From: Octopus sinensis
Lineage: Eukaryota
Reading direction: 5' to 3'
Length of the DNA stretch: 64,000 nt
Assembly: GCF_006345805.1 (NCBI RefSeq)
Contig: NC_043007.1
Coordinates: 60,512,001-60,576,000, forward strand
A program made the translations under genes and the position numbers. Below the pieces are notes generated by a model. It was not told where the DNA came from, made no database searches, and saw nothing but the letters and a program-made list of their open reading frames with translations. Shown here in pieces: positions 48,137 to 59,894 of this stretch; position 1 is the first letter of the stretch, and the number at the start of each line of letters is the position of its first letter.

Positions 48137-48261
48137 TATTAAATATAACTGCTTGGGTATGAAATACAAAATATGTATATATGTATACATGTGAAACAAG
48201 AGAAAGCAAAGAGTGAAGACTTTCAGACAATGAATATTTAAGTATAAATGTATAGATATTT

Positions 48262-51200
48262 GGTTCTAGGTAATTGGACTCCTGGTAATTTCACTCCTGA
48301 TATTTTGGCTCCAGTAATTTGACCACTAGTAATTTGACTGCCAGTCAGTTTCACTCCTAATATTAGAAAAAAAAATGAATAAAACATTGAAATTCATTAT
48401 TATTGTTATTATTATTGTTGTTGTTGATGATGATGATTTACAGCAGGGGTTTCCAACCTGGTCCATGTGGACCACTAGGTGGTCCACAGGAAAATTCAAA
48501 TGGTCTGTGGAAAATTTTCTGTGGCCCATCTGAAGAATTTAAATTTTTCCGTACACACACGTCATACAAACAAAATATGCCTCATTGCATATGCGTAAGC
48601 ACATATGAATGTACTTATTGCCTATTGGATGATTAGCTGTCCAATCATACACGGACGTGTACCAGAGAGGTACAGACACATACAATCGGATCCACATTTG
48701 CACACAAAAAGTTGTGTTCTCAGACAGTCAACATGATCGTGTTTTCTACCTTACTTTTGAATTAAGGATTACTAATGAAATCACAGTGCTTACAGCTTAC
48801 CTAACATATCATATTATCTCTCCAGGTATGTACATTTTCATGCAAGTGTTAGTCTAATTGTAATCTGTAGAAATTTTGCTGTCAGTGATATGGAAAAAAA
48901 CATTCCCTTAATTCTCCGTCCACTGACTCAGAAAAAAGATTCTGTAGACAACATCATGAAGATTATATCAAATATGGTTTTGTATCCAGTATAGAAGAAG
49001 TTTTTTGCCACAGTGTATTATCTGCTCAAAAGTATTAACTAATGACTCAATGAAACCCTTGAAATCGTATCATCTACAAAAAAATCCATCCTGGTTTATT
49101 TGGCAAGCTAAAGGAGTACTTTGAAGAATACCATCGCAAAAAAAATGTCTCATCTTCATCGCTCAAAAGTTTCCTTGTTTATACTAACAACCATTCAGGT
49201 CTGGCAGGCGTCCTATAACATTTCGCTCATGATAGCAAAATGGGGTCGTCCACATACCATTGCTGAAGGTCTGATTAGGGCCTCCATACTTAAAGCATAT
49301 AAAGTTGCTAATGTGCCAAATGCTGCCTCAGTTTTAGCAAGTATTCCACTTTCAAACAACACTGTATTTTCCTGCACTTGTGAAATGGCCGAAGATGTCA
49401 AATCCGTAGTTGTAGAAGACTTGCGACACTGCAGATTCTTGCTGACGGTGGATGACAGCACTTTTAACAACAAATATGTTGTCTGTGCCTTTGCTCACTT
49501 GTGAAAGGTACCACAGTTTGTGAAGACCTACTCTTTATGAAAACCATTCTGAAAAACATGGGAGAGATGATCTACCATGCAATTATGGATTATCTTACTA
49601 AAAATGGCATTGATCCCCTCAACCTCATATCAATATGCACTGACGGAATACCATCTATGATTGGCAAATCCCAAGGTTTTGTTGCCAGGTGGATAGAATT
49701 TAACCCTGTCTTCACAATTCATTGCATTCTCCATCAAGAAGACCTGATAGTAAAAAGAACAAAAAATAATATATTTTCTGAAACCCTAGACTTAATTACT
49801 TCCGCAATAAAAAAAATCAAAAGATCTGCTCATCAAAACAGATATTTTCAAGAAGCTTGTACAGATGAAACGTTCTACCGTCTGTTGTAGTTAACAGATA
49901 AACACTGTCTATCAATGGGAAGTTGTCTCGGATGTTTTGTGGCACTTTTCGATAAAATCATAGAGTTTCTTCAACAGACTGATTCAACTATGACAGCATC
50001 ACTTTCTCAGAAAAAAAGCCTGTAACTTTTTATTTACATGAAATCTTTCAAAAACTTAATAATCTTAATATTTCTTTACAAAAGCAAAACATCAACATTG
50101 TATGAGCCAGACACTTGATAAGGGCATTTGTGAATAAACTCATTCTTTGGAAATTTCAAATTGAAGATCATAACTTTCTGCAGTTCACAAACTTAAAAAC
50201 TGTTGTGGTAGATAATGACTTGCACAAATATATAATTGGGCATCTATCTTTCCTTCACGAAAACTTCAATATTCGTTTTGAAGATCTTTTGGTTTTAAAT
50301 ATCCCAATTTTTGTGGACTCTCTTCACACAATGTCTATGAACAATATACTTGTTCAACCAGAATGTGTTCAGATGGAGCTATGTGAGGCGATGGTAGATG
50401 ATAATCTGCACAAATCATCTGAAAACAACTGGGTTGAGGCTTGGTTGAATCATTCTCATGAATATCCAAAGCTGTTTGAACAAGTTGAACCTTTTATTAT
50501 AAATCTCCTGACATCTTACTTGGCTGAAAAGGGATTTTCCCTTGTCCTCCACTCATTCACGAAGTAGCAGAGGCTTTTGAACCTTGATAACAATGCTGAT
50601 TTAAGAATTCACTTGAGCAAAAAAGAGCCAATGATTTCACAGCTTTTGGATAAAAAGCAAGCCCAAAGGTCTCGCTGAAGGTTTGTTGACATTTTTCCCG
50701 ATAACTTGTCGCTGACATTTTTAAGTTAATTCAATTTGTTATATTCCCCTCAAACATTTACACAATCTTTTGTATTGATCCCAACTTCACTCCTCACATT
50801 TTTTTAATTTACCCTTCACATTGTTATATTTTAACTATACAGCTTTTTTTCTGAATAAAAGCGGGTGTTTTCCACGACTTAGTAACCTTTTCTATTCGAT
50901 TCTATCAAATAAAGCTTTCTTGAGAATCATGTGCATTTGCAAATTGGCTTTGTTTTGGTGTTCTCAGTTATTTGTTCTCTGTGATGTCCCTTACAAGAAC
51001 GAAAAAGGAACTTTCCTTGCAAAGTGAAAATGATACTAATATTTATGAGTAGTTCTTTTATAATAAATTTAAAATTTGAGGTGGTCCACAGGAAAAAATT
51101 ACTTATTTTGGTGGTCCACAATGAAAAAAGGTTGGGAACTCCTGATTTACAGGATAATTCAGTTAACTGAAAGCATCATTTCAGTCACCTATTTGGTTGT

Positions 51201-53072
51201 TTATTTACAGAGTAATTTAGTTAACTGAAAGTACTTTTTCTTTCATCCATTCAAGTGTTTTATTTAAATAAGTTACAGGTTTACCCATGATCCATCCCTG
51301 CCTCATTCGTTACTGTTGTGGAAGGATTCTGACCACCCCCATATGATTAAAAGTGGACTGTCAAATTTACTATAAATAAAGAACTGATGAGTTATTAGGA
51401 GTTGATAGGTAAGCAGCTCACTGTGAGTTATGTAACCTCATGTAACAGTAAGCCTCATGCATTCATTTAAATACTTTGTTAAATTATTTATCCAGCTTAC
51501 AAGGATATAAAAGTTACTTAAAAAGGAAATATACATATACCATGCCTCATATTTTGAACAATATCTGCAGAAGGAATAAACTTGTGGATGACATGAATTA
51601 CATATATGAAGTACAAAAACGAAATGCCAATGGATCTAAGACTTACTGGAAATGCAAAATTAAGCCTTGTAAAGCTCAAGTCCACACCATGACACATGAT
51701 GAAGGTTATACCATAATTAAGCACATTGGTGAACATCAACATAGTTCATGTGCTTCAAAACCCAAAGTTTATGAAACTTTAGCAGACCTAAAGGCACAGT
51801 AGCTGCTTCCCAGGAATCTTCTTGTTCATTAAATGTGACTGCTTATGAAAAGCTTGATGAAAATGAAATGGCTCATATGCCCTCCTCTTTGTGTGTAAGT
51901 CACAATATAAAGAAATGGCATCAAGCAAAAGTAAGTGCCCCTCCAATTCCTCAAAGTCAATTTGGTTATGAGATACCTGATGAATACAAGTTCCTTGATA
52001 GTGGCAAACTTTTCTTGCAGTTTGATAGTGGTGAAACCGATGTAGACAGATTACTTGTGTTTGCAACTTATAAAGGGCATGACTTAGTGAATGTAAAACA
52101 CTGGGTAGGTGATGGAACTTTTAAGTGCTCCCCAACTGTATTTCATGTGTTGTACAAGTGGGTTCATTCAGTGTTCTGCAATTGTTTGCATTACTTCCAA
52201 ACAAAAATCAAGAAACTTACACCTGCCTTTTTAATAAGCTAATTGAATTACATTAAGGACTGAGCCCTGAAAACATCATGATGTATTTTGAAAAAGCTCA
52301 CATTAATAGAATTTTATCTGTTTCCTAGTGCTGCTATCTCATGTTGTCTTTTTCATCTATCTCAGAACATATACAAAGAAAGTATGTGAATTTGGCTTTA
52401 AGGAAAGATACCATCATATTAATGATCTTAGCATTAAAATCAGATGTTTTTCAGCACGGGCTTTTCTTCCTCTCGATGATGTGATTGACAGATTTGAAGA
52501 TCTTGTAGAAGATGACAATCTTCCTCAAGAACTTGTGTCCTACTTTGAATTATCATGTATAGGATGCATGCAAGGTAGAGGAATTAGACAATGAAGAACT
52601 TCTTTGCTTCCTATTGATAGTTGGAATGTCTGCTTTCGAACAGAATCAGATATGCCTTGCACTAATAACCATTTAGAGGTATCATAATGCCCTACAAAGT
52701 TCTTTAACTTACACATTTTTTTAATTACTGCATTGAGAAAGGAAGAACACTTGGCGCAGCTACGAAAGGTTGAATTTGATCAAAGTGAGATTTGTGAGAC
52801 CCAAAAAAAGTATAAAGAGATAAACAAATGGCTGCAGATAATTATTGAACAATATAGTCCCGAAAATAAGATGGATTTTTTATAAGCAATAGCTCATAAC
52901 CTTCATCATTATTGAAGCTTTTAGTAATATATTTATTTTTTACTGTATTTTATATTTTATCTTTATCCAACATTTTATCAGAAGTGAAATTACCAGGAGT
53001 TACATTGACTGGCAGTCAAATTACTGGAGAATATTGGGAGTGAAATTACCAAGAGTCAAATTACTGGTTACC
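48262..53072 (+). mobile_element. MULE (Mutator-like) element with FLYWCH-type domain and decayed DDE transposase; 8-bp TSD AGATATTT
   Basis: GG...CC termini with ~100-bp subrepeat-rich TIRs (48262-48365 / 52980-53072). AGATATTT at 48254-48261 and 53073-53080. Remnants YWKCKIKPCKA...EHQH, WVGDGTFK and TNNHLE. Confidence 0.9.
48444..51144 (+). mobile_element. hAT Buster/Charlie-type element nested in the MULE; 8-bp TSD ATTTACAG
   Basis: TIRs CAGGGGTTTCCAACC / GGTTGGGAACTCCTG. ATTTACAG at 48436-48443 and 51145-51152 (central TA, as for Buster elements). Remnants ICTDGIPSM.GK, HCILHQEDL and SYLAEKGFS. Confidence 0.93.
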
Positions 53073-53449
53073 AGATATTTATATTAATACGAGATCCTGT
53101 GTAGATCCAACTTACACAGTATAAGGAACAGACAAAATTAAAGGGGAGGAAGTAAGGTGTTATAAGTCCAATAGCTGTTTCTGGGGGCTTGATGAACCAT
53201 CATAATGTTGGTAGGTGTAATTCATCTCAATATGCAAGCCGTAATGGAAGCAATCAACATTGGATAAGTTGAGCTTCTGTCATCAGGCTAGAAAAGATCT
53301 TACATTTCAAATCTTGATGTAGAGAACTTTAAAGGTGGAATATATTTAATTTGTTTATCTGCTTAATTGCCTCTCTCTCTCTCTCTCTCTCCCTATATAT
53401 ATATATATATATATACTTGTATACACATATATACACATACACACACACA

Positions 53450-53880
53450 TCATCATCATTTAACATCCATTTTCCATGCTAGCATGGGTAGGGTGGTTCG
53501 ACCGGGGTCTGGTAAGACATGGAAGCTGCACCAGGCTCTGGTCTGATTTGGCAGTGTTTCTACAGCTGGATGCCCTTCCTAACGCCAACCACTCCGTGAG
53601 TGTAATGGGTGTTTTTTATGTGCCACCGGCACAGGGGCCAGAGAAGGCTGGCAAACGGCCACGATCGGTTGGTGCTTTTACGTGTCACTGACATGGACGC
53701 CAGTCAGGCGGCGCTGGCATCTGCCATGTTCGGATGGTGCTTTTTACGTGTTACCGGCATGGGTGTCTTAACTACAATTTCCATTTGATTTTTATCTTGA
53801 TGTTGACGTACTTGACTCAGTAGATCTCCTCAAGAACAGCGGGTCACTCTACGATCCAAGGTTAGCACAGCGGCCGTCCT
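53450..53880 (-). mobile_element. RTE-tail element
   Basis: Closely matches 21147-21720. Further copies lie at about 56330-56640, 60770-60890, 62990-63170 and 63880-63960. Confidence 0.8.
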
Positions 53881-53954
53881 GCGAGCCATGAACTCACTTC
53901 ATTGTATATATATATATACACATATGTACAGACATATATATACACACACACACA

Positions 53955-54243
53955 CAGTGATGGACTGGCCAGGTTGCCAGCTTGCCTGATGGCAAGTGGG
54001 CCCCTGTGCCATTAGAATACATCAATGGGGACCCGTGTTAGTATCTAAGGGGTCCATCCCCTCAAGTTTGAGAATTTTTTATTCACTCCTGAAAGAATGC
54101 ATTAATTATTTCAGCCTGGCTGTGTTTGTAGACAGTTGGAACAAATACTTTTAACAAAAATAAATTAAATGATAGCATTGTAGTCGCAGGTGGGCCCCCT
54201 TAGTCTCCTGGCAACCAATATTTTTAGACCCAGTCCACCACTG
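53955..54243. mobile_element. 289-bp MITE with hAT-like TIRs
   Basis: CAGTGATGGACTGG ... CCAGTCCACCACTG. The TSD is obscured by (CA)n. Confidence 0.75.
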
Positions 54244-54246
54244 TTT

Positions 54247-54279
<33 letters not shown>

Positions 54280-54329
54280 CAAATACACACACACACACAC
54301 ACATACATATATACACACACAATCCGAAT

Positions 54330-56150
54330 TTTATAGTATTAAGTATCCATCACAGCTGGTCTTACCGATCAGTTTTGCGTAAAGAATACAATGGAGTGTT
54401 AGGTAACAATCCAATTATATAACCCTATGCTCATTAGAGATAGCCAATATGGAAGGGAATATGGCAACTGCTTTCTATTGTCGGAGGTGGATAAGCACAA
54501 CTGGTCAGAGGCTGTTGTGACAAAAGTAGTGAACTGAAAAAGGGTGCAGGAGATTGAGCTAGGAGTTATGTCCCTTGGTTGGGTATGCTGTGAAGCTGGC
54601 AAGAGTTATCTTGAAGTGGGGAGAAGTGCATATTATTAATGTGGTGTCCCTGTGGGGAAGGGGCGTGTGGTATGTGTAGCAGTGTCATATGTATAATTTT
54701 TTCCGGGGGGGGGGGGTGTTAGTCTGTTTTCTTTCTGTAAACAATAAAGTCGTGGGAGGGGGGATATTAGCATGTGGTATATGTGTGTCTGATCTGTTTA
54801 TGTGTGGGATTACAATTTGCATGAGGAGGTATGTGTTGGGGGGAGTGGGGTATAGTTATTTGTAGGGTGTTGTCTGCCTTATATGGGTGTGCATGTATGT
54901 ACATGGGTACATTGGTGTGTGCCTTGGTCAAACTCTTTTTACTGGGCTCAAGGGCATTTGTGGAAGGTCAAGGCAGGGGACCTGTGGTTGCAGTCATGGT
55001 GGGGTGTGCAGGTACAATAGAATGTATCTCCATTCTTGCGGGTAAGGATTAAACACCTCACTCCTGCATTTTAGGTAAACATCCAAGCATTGGGTACCTT
55101 TTAAAATTGCTCTCTTCTCAACCAGGCATAATCTGCTGCTACTGAAGGATCTTTCTAGGATCTTCCACTTTATTTTGTACTTTATGGCACTTTCTTTCAA
55201 AGCCCAGACGTGCTTGACTAAGGATTGTGGTTTACATCTCACTGGGATGTTGAATGAGGACTTGTGGTTATTATTGCAGATTCTGAAGGTGCCTTCCATT
55301 GCCCCTACATATTTCCACACATTCAGTTGTCTATTGGGTCCTGTTGCTGTTATTTCTGCCTCATGATCAACTGTTTCTGTATTGCAGTGGCCACTTAGTG
55401 GACAAGTTATGTTACCTCTGCATGAGCATTCTGCCTCAGTCTCAGGTATGGGCTTACCTACTAAAATCTTTTTTACACTAGGTGACAGGTAAAGGATAAT
55501 CTCAGGGTATGTCTATTAAATATTTTATTGAATCTATTGGTACAAGAGAAGTATCTATCAAATAAATTAAGGAAGATCATACCTACTCTGGTCCTAGCGT
55601 TTAAAGAGAATAGCAGTGTGAACCACAGTACTTTCTCTTGGTGAGACTAGGGTCTGTAACTAATACTATCCTTGAAACCGCTAGTAGCCAGTGGCTGGTT
55701 GTAGTATGGGGCAGCAGCATCAAAGATTTCTTTGCTTGAAGACAAGCTGGAGATTCTCCTGCTGACGTCCTTAACCAGGATCTTGAACACTATGGCTGTA
55801 TTGCAGGAATCTGTATTAATGTAAGACAACTTCTCATTTGCTTTCCTAAAGGGCCTTTAGACACCTGATTCCAGGTCCAGGGTCATGTCAAGGAAATCTA
55901 CTGTTTTCAGGTTGGTCTCTATAGTGACCTTCAGTCTAAGGGAGTTCATGGTGCCTGTGAGGTCTTTTCTGAGCCTATCTAGCATGTGGCCGTTAGCCTC
56001 TCTTGATATTGATAAAGCTAGTTGAAGGAAATTTCTTTTTTAGTATGTCTAGGATGAAGCCAACTAGAGGCTCTTTCAGTTGCATCTCTCATCCTGAACA
56101 CAGCCACTCTGCTCCTTTCTTCTTATTCCAATGGCTATAAGCATCCTCCT
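54330..56150 (-). mobile_element. Penelope-like element remnant (RT C-terminus and GIY-YIG endonuclease)
   Basis: Remnants NLKTVDFLDMTLDL, YINTDSCN...VSRRISSLSSSKEIFDAAAPYYNQPL..SGF and KYVGAMEGTF...HKSSF...HVWALKE..IKYKIKWKIL...RLCLVEK. Confidence 0.85.
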
Positions 56151-56819
56151 TGCCAACTAGGCAAGGAACCTCCTACAGCCAACCTCAACTAGGAAAAGCC
56201 ATAACTGCAAACTCTTCTCCCTGTAATCTTGCAGAAGGCTCTCTTACTTGTCATTCTTCAACTCATGAAACTGTGTGCATGTGTGTGTATACACACACAC
56301 ACATATATTTTCACACATATATATGTATATCATCATCATCATCATCATCATTATCATCATTTAACGTCCTCCTTCCATGCTGGCATGGGTTGGACAGTCT
56401 GACAGAAGCTGGCAAAGCAGAAGATTGCATCCTACTTCCATGCCTGTTTTAGCATAGTTTTTATGGCTGAATGCCCTTCCTATCACTAGCCACCCCACAG
56501 AGCAGGCTGAGTGCATTTTACATGGGCAAGATCAGTTTTGGCATGATTTTTACAGCTGGATGCCCTTCCAAATGCCAACCACTTTACAGGTGTGGACTGG
56601 GTGCTTTTAAGTGGCACTAGCACTGGCAGGGTCACTAAGTAACTTTACAAGACAAGGAATCATTGAGAGGGGATGAAGCATTGGAGGAAGTGTGCTTGTG
56701 TCAGATGATGAAGGGTTAGAGTATGACAATGATCACACTCGTATAGTACTCTTAGCGCTCCACTAGCACAGACGCCAGTCTTCGAATTTGAATTCGATTT
56801 CTATATGTATGTATGTATA

Positions 56820-56856
<37 letters not shown>

Positions 56857-56914
56857 GATAGATAGATAGATGTAGAAGTAATGGCTATTGCCTGTTAAAC
56901 ATGATTTTTCCATA

Positions 56915-57455
56915 GGAACTGACATTACTACCATTTTAACCCTAGTGTATATTGGGTGCAGATATAACCAGTTGGAGGAGGCATCCTCCTGGGGTTAAAA
57001 TGGTAGTAACATCGGTTCCTACTGAGCAGTCATGTTTAAGGGATGATAACCATTACTTCTCAGTATAGTTACTACTTTCATCTCTTATAGATATTTCCTA
57101 ACTAGCTTGTTGCAAGATCAGTGACTAGGTGTCACTTATTTTCTATATATTGTGAGCTGGAGTAAACTACTGTTATCTCTAGCAGACAAGTGTCCACCAC
57201 CAAGATTGAGCATAAAGAGCTCAAAACTGTACAGTCTGCCAGTCTAGAGGCTGAAGATTGTAGGGGTTCACTCCCCTGCTTGCAATATAAATCAGGTGCA
57301 GATTGCATCAAATAACCAGCTGGAGGAGGTGTCATCCTGGGGTTAAAATGGTAGCAACATCAGTTCCTACTGAACAGCCATGTTTAAGTAGCGATAACCA
57401 TTACTTCTCTGTATAGTTAATGATTTCATCTCTTATAGAGATTTTCTAACTAGCT
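56915..57455. repeat. Diverged 143-bp direct repeat (56963-57105 / 57312-57454) plus a 30-bp inverted arm at 56915-56943
   Basis: ataaccag.tggaggagg...ggggttaaaatggtag...aactagct occurs twice, offset 349 bp. taggaactgacattactaccattttaaccc is inverted to its core. Confidence 0.8.
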
Positions 57456-57480
57456 AATTAAATATATATATATATATATA

Positions 57481-57787
57481 AATTAGAAAAAAAACACCTT
57501 TTATCAATTCAATAATGAAAAATTAAATCATAGCATTTAGAAAATTTACATATTATAGAAAGATTAAATATAAGATAAAACATATAACAATGATTAAGTA
57601 ATGTGCAAAATAATAAATAAAACGTATATATTTGGTATATATATGATGTTTTATTTATTATTTTGCACATTACTTAATCATTGTTATATGTTTTATCTTA
57701 TATTTAATCTTTCTATTATATGTAAATTTTCTAAATGCTATAATTTAATTTTTCATTATTGAATTGATAAAAGGTGGTCTTTTTCTA

Positions 57788-57790
<3 letters not shown>
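57481..57790. mobile_element. 310-bp near-perfect palindrome (~143-bp arms) embedded in (TA)n; fold-back MITE
   Basis: The left arm 57481-57623 is the reverse complement of 57648-57790 with about 4 differences. Confidence 0.9.
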
Positions 57791-57848
<58 letters not shown>

Positions 57849-57997
57849 TTCGTGAAATTTGATTTAGTATTTCTAAATTGAATTTTTCCCTGTAAGTTTG
57901 GAATAATTTCCCCTCATATTATTATTATTATTATATATATATAGTGCAGTCAGTTATGGTTATATGTTATATAATTTTTTCAAATGTATGTCTCAAG

Positions 57998-58180
57998 ATT
58001 TCAAATAAGCAGCATATTATTGAGAAGCTGACAGAAGATGCTGAACCCTTTTATGCAAAAGAATCATATTGGGAACAGACTGAAGCAAGATACAATTCAG
58101 AACTACAACAGCAAGTAAAGACTAATCCAATACACGTAGAACTTTCTAATGTAAGAATTGAGCTGGCATTAATATTGAAG
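57998..58180 (+). CDS. NUMA1: NuMA-like coding exon 11: ISNKQHIIEKLTEDAEPFYAKESYWEQTEARYNSELQQQVKTNPIHVELSN(VRIELALILK)
   Basis: Acceptor tgtctcaag, phase 0. Donor is gtcagt at 58181 or the alternative gtaaga at 58151 (both phase 0). Extra exons between 44298 and 57997 cannot be excluded. Confidence 0.72.
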
Positions 58181-59261
58181 GTCAGTGAGTTTAGGCAGGT
58201 GGATTTTTGAAAGCAAAATGTGTATTTTATTTTACAATGATTGTATTATTGAGACAAAAAATATTACTTGTGATATGTGATGGCAGCATGGAAGATATAA
58301 GCTAGCCGTTCAGAACTGCATTAAGATTATCAGCTTCACTTAAACATTTTTTTTTTGTTGGTTTACTTGTTTCGGTCATTTGACTGCAGCCAGTTGAATA
58401 AATTGACCCCAGAACTCTTTTTTTTAAAGCCTAGTACTTATACTATCACTCTGTTTTGCTGAACTGCTAAGTTACAGGGATGTAAACACACTAACACCAG
58501 TTGTCAAGCAGTGGAGTGGGGAACATGCAAACACACACACACACACACATATACATACACATGACAGGGTTCTTTCAGTTTCTGTCTACCAAATCACAAG
58601 GCTTTGGTCAGCCTGAGGTTATAGTAGAAGACATTTGCCCAAGTTGCTACACAGTGGGACTGAACCCAGAATCATGTGATTGGAAAGCAACTTTCTTACC
58701 ACACAGCCAAATCTGTGCCTATTTGTAATATGGTTTCAAAATTTTCATTACTTGTAACTGTGACTGGAAATTCTACTGCATATCATATTTTTGATTTATT
58801 TTCTTCAAAGTCTTATCATGTAATGATTCCCTTCTAACATATATTTAACCCTTTAGTATTCAGATTGCTCTGTCAAATGTAATGCTTATTTATTCATATT
58901 GTTTTTAATTAATCATGCATTATCCTATAGCTTTGTGATTTGGATGATATGAATGTTATTTTCAGAAAGTCATTGTAGGATGGGTGTAAGAGGCTGCGTC
59001 TGACCTGTTTGGACTTAAAACAGGTAGAAAATTTTGGCCAATTTAAATACTAAAGGGTTAATAGATATGAAAATGTATTTGTATGATTGTCATAGATGTG
59101 GCTGTGTGGTCAAGAAGGTTGCTCCCCAACCACCTGATATCAGATTCAGTTCCACCTTGTGGTATCTTGGGCAAGTGTCTTCTATTTCTAGGCCAACTGA
59201 AGCCTTGGAAGAGAATTAAGTAGCTGGTAACTGAAATAAGACTGTCGTGTGTGAATATACG

Positions 59262-59415
59262 TGTGTGTGTGTGTGTATGTATACATACATACACATACAC
59301 ATATGGATGTATGTGTGTGTGTGTGTATGTATACATACATACACATACACATATGGATGTATGTGTTTGTGTATGTATACATACATACATACACATACAC
59401 ACACATATGTATGTG
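59262..59415. repeat. Compound minisatellite (~46-bp unit x3) built from (TG)/(CA) microsatellite
   Basis: Unit gtgtgtatgtatacatacatacacatacacatatggatgtat. Confidence 0.8.
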
Positions 59416-59894
59416 TGTGTGTGTGTTTACATTTGTGTTCTAAAAGTTACAAGCTACAAATGGTGTTGCTGTCACTGCTCTTGTCAACAAATCATTGATT
59501 TGTTTCATTTCTCCATAGACATGTGAAATAAAAAAATCCATTACTTAAAAACAAAAAAAAGAAAAGTTTGGATTAGTGATAGGGGAGGCATCCAGGATCC
59601 AATAATATATTCAACTCACTCATGCTAGCATGAAAAATAGATGTAAAAGTGAAAGGACAAATAACATACTCAAGCCAATATTGTATGGCTGGATACATAT
59701 ATTTTTGCTACTCTTCGAGTTCTCCCATTTTAAAAATTTAACAAGCAGACAGTTGTGTGTCTTATATAAGAGTAAATATTATGTTTATACCAAAATTTGA
59801 TTCTATTTCTCTCTAGTAAAGTATCCCAGTCATAGACATCAACAATTATTTAATGCTAACTTATAATGATTTTCTTTTTCTTTTTTTTTTTAAG

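Noticed and set aside
53170-53310. Hammerhead-like CTGATGA...GAAACAGCT on the minus strand (also CTGATGA near 31965, 46898 and 1207)
   Set aside because: Stem I and II pairing could not be built: the spacing is over 100 nt, or GAAA is missing or truncated. At most these are degenerate Penelope-type remnants. An Infernal search with hammerhead models would settle it.
54700-54770. G-runs as a G-quadruplex
   Set aside because: One long G tract with scattered short runs inside a Penelope remnant. No evidence of function.
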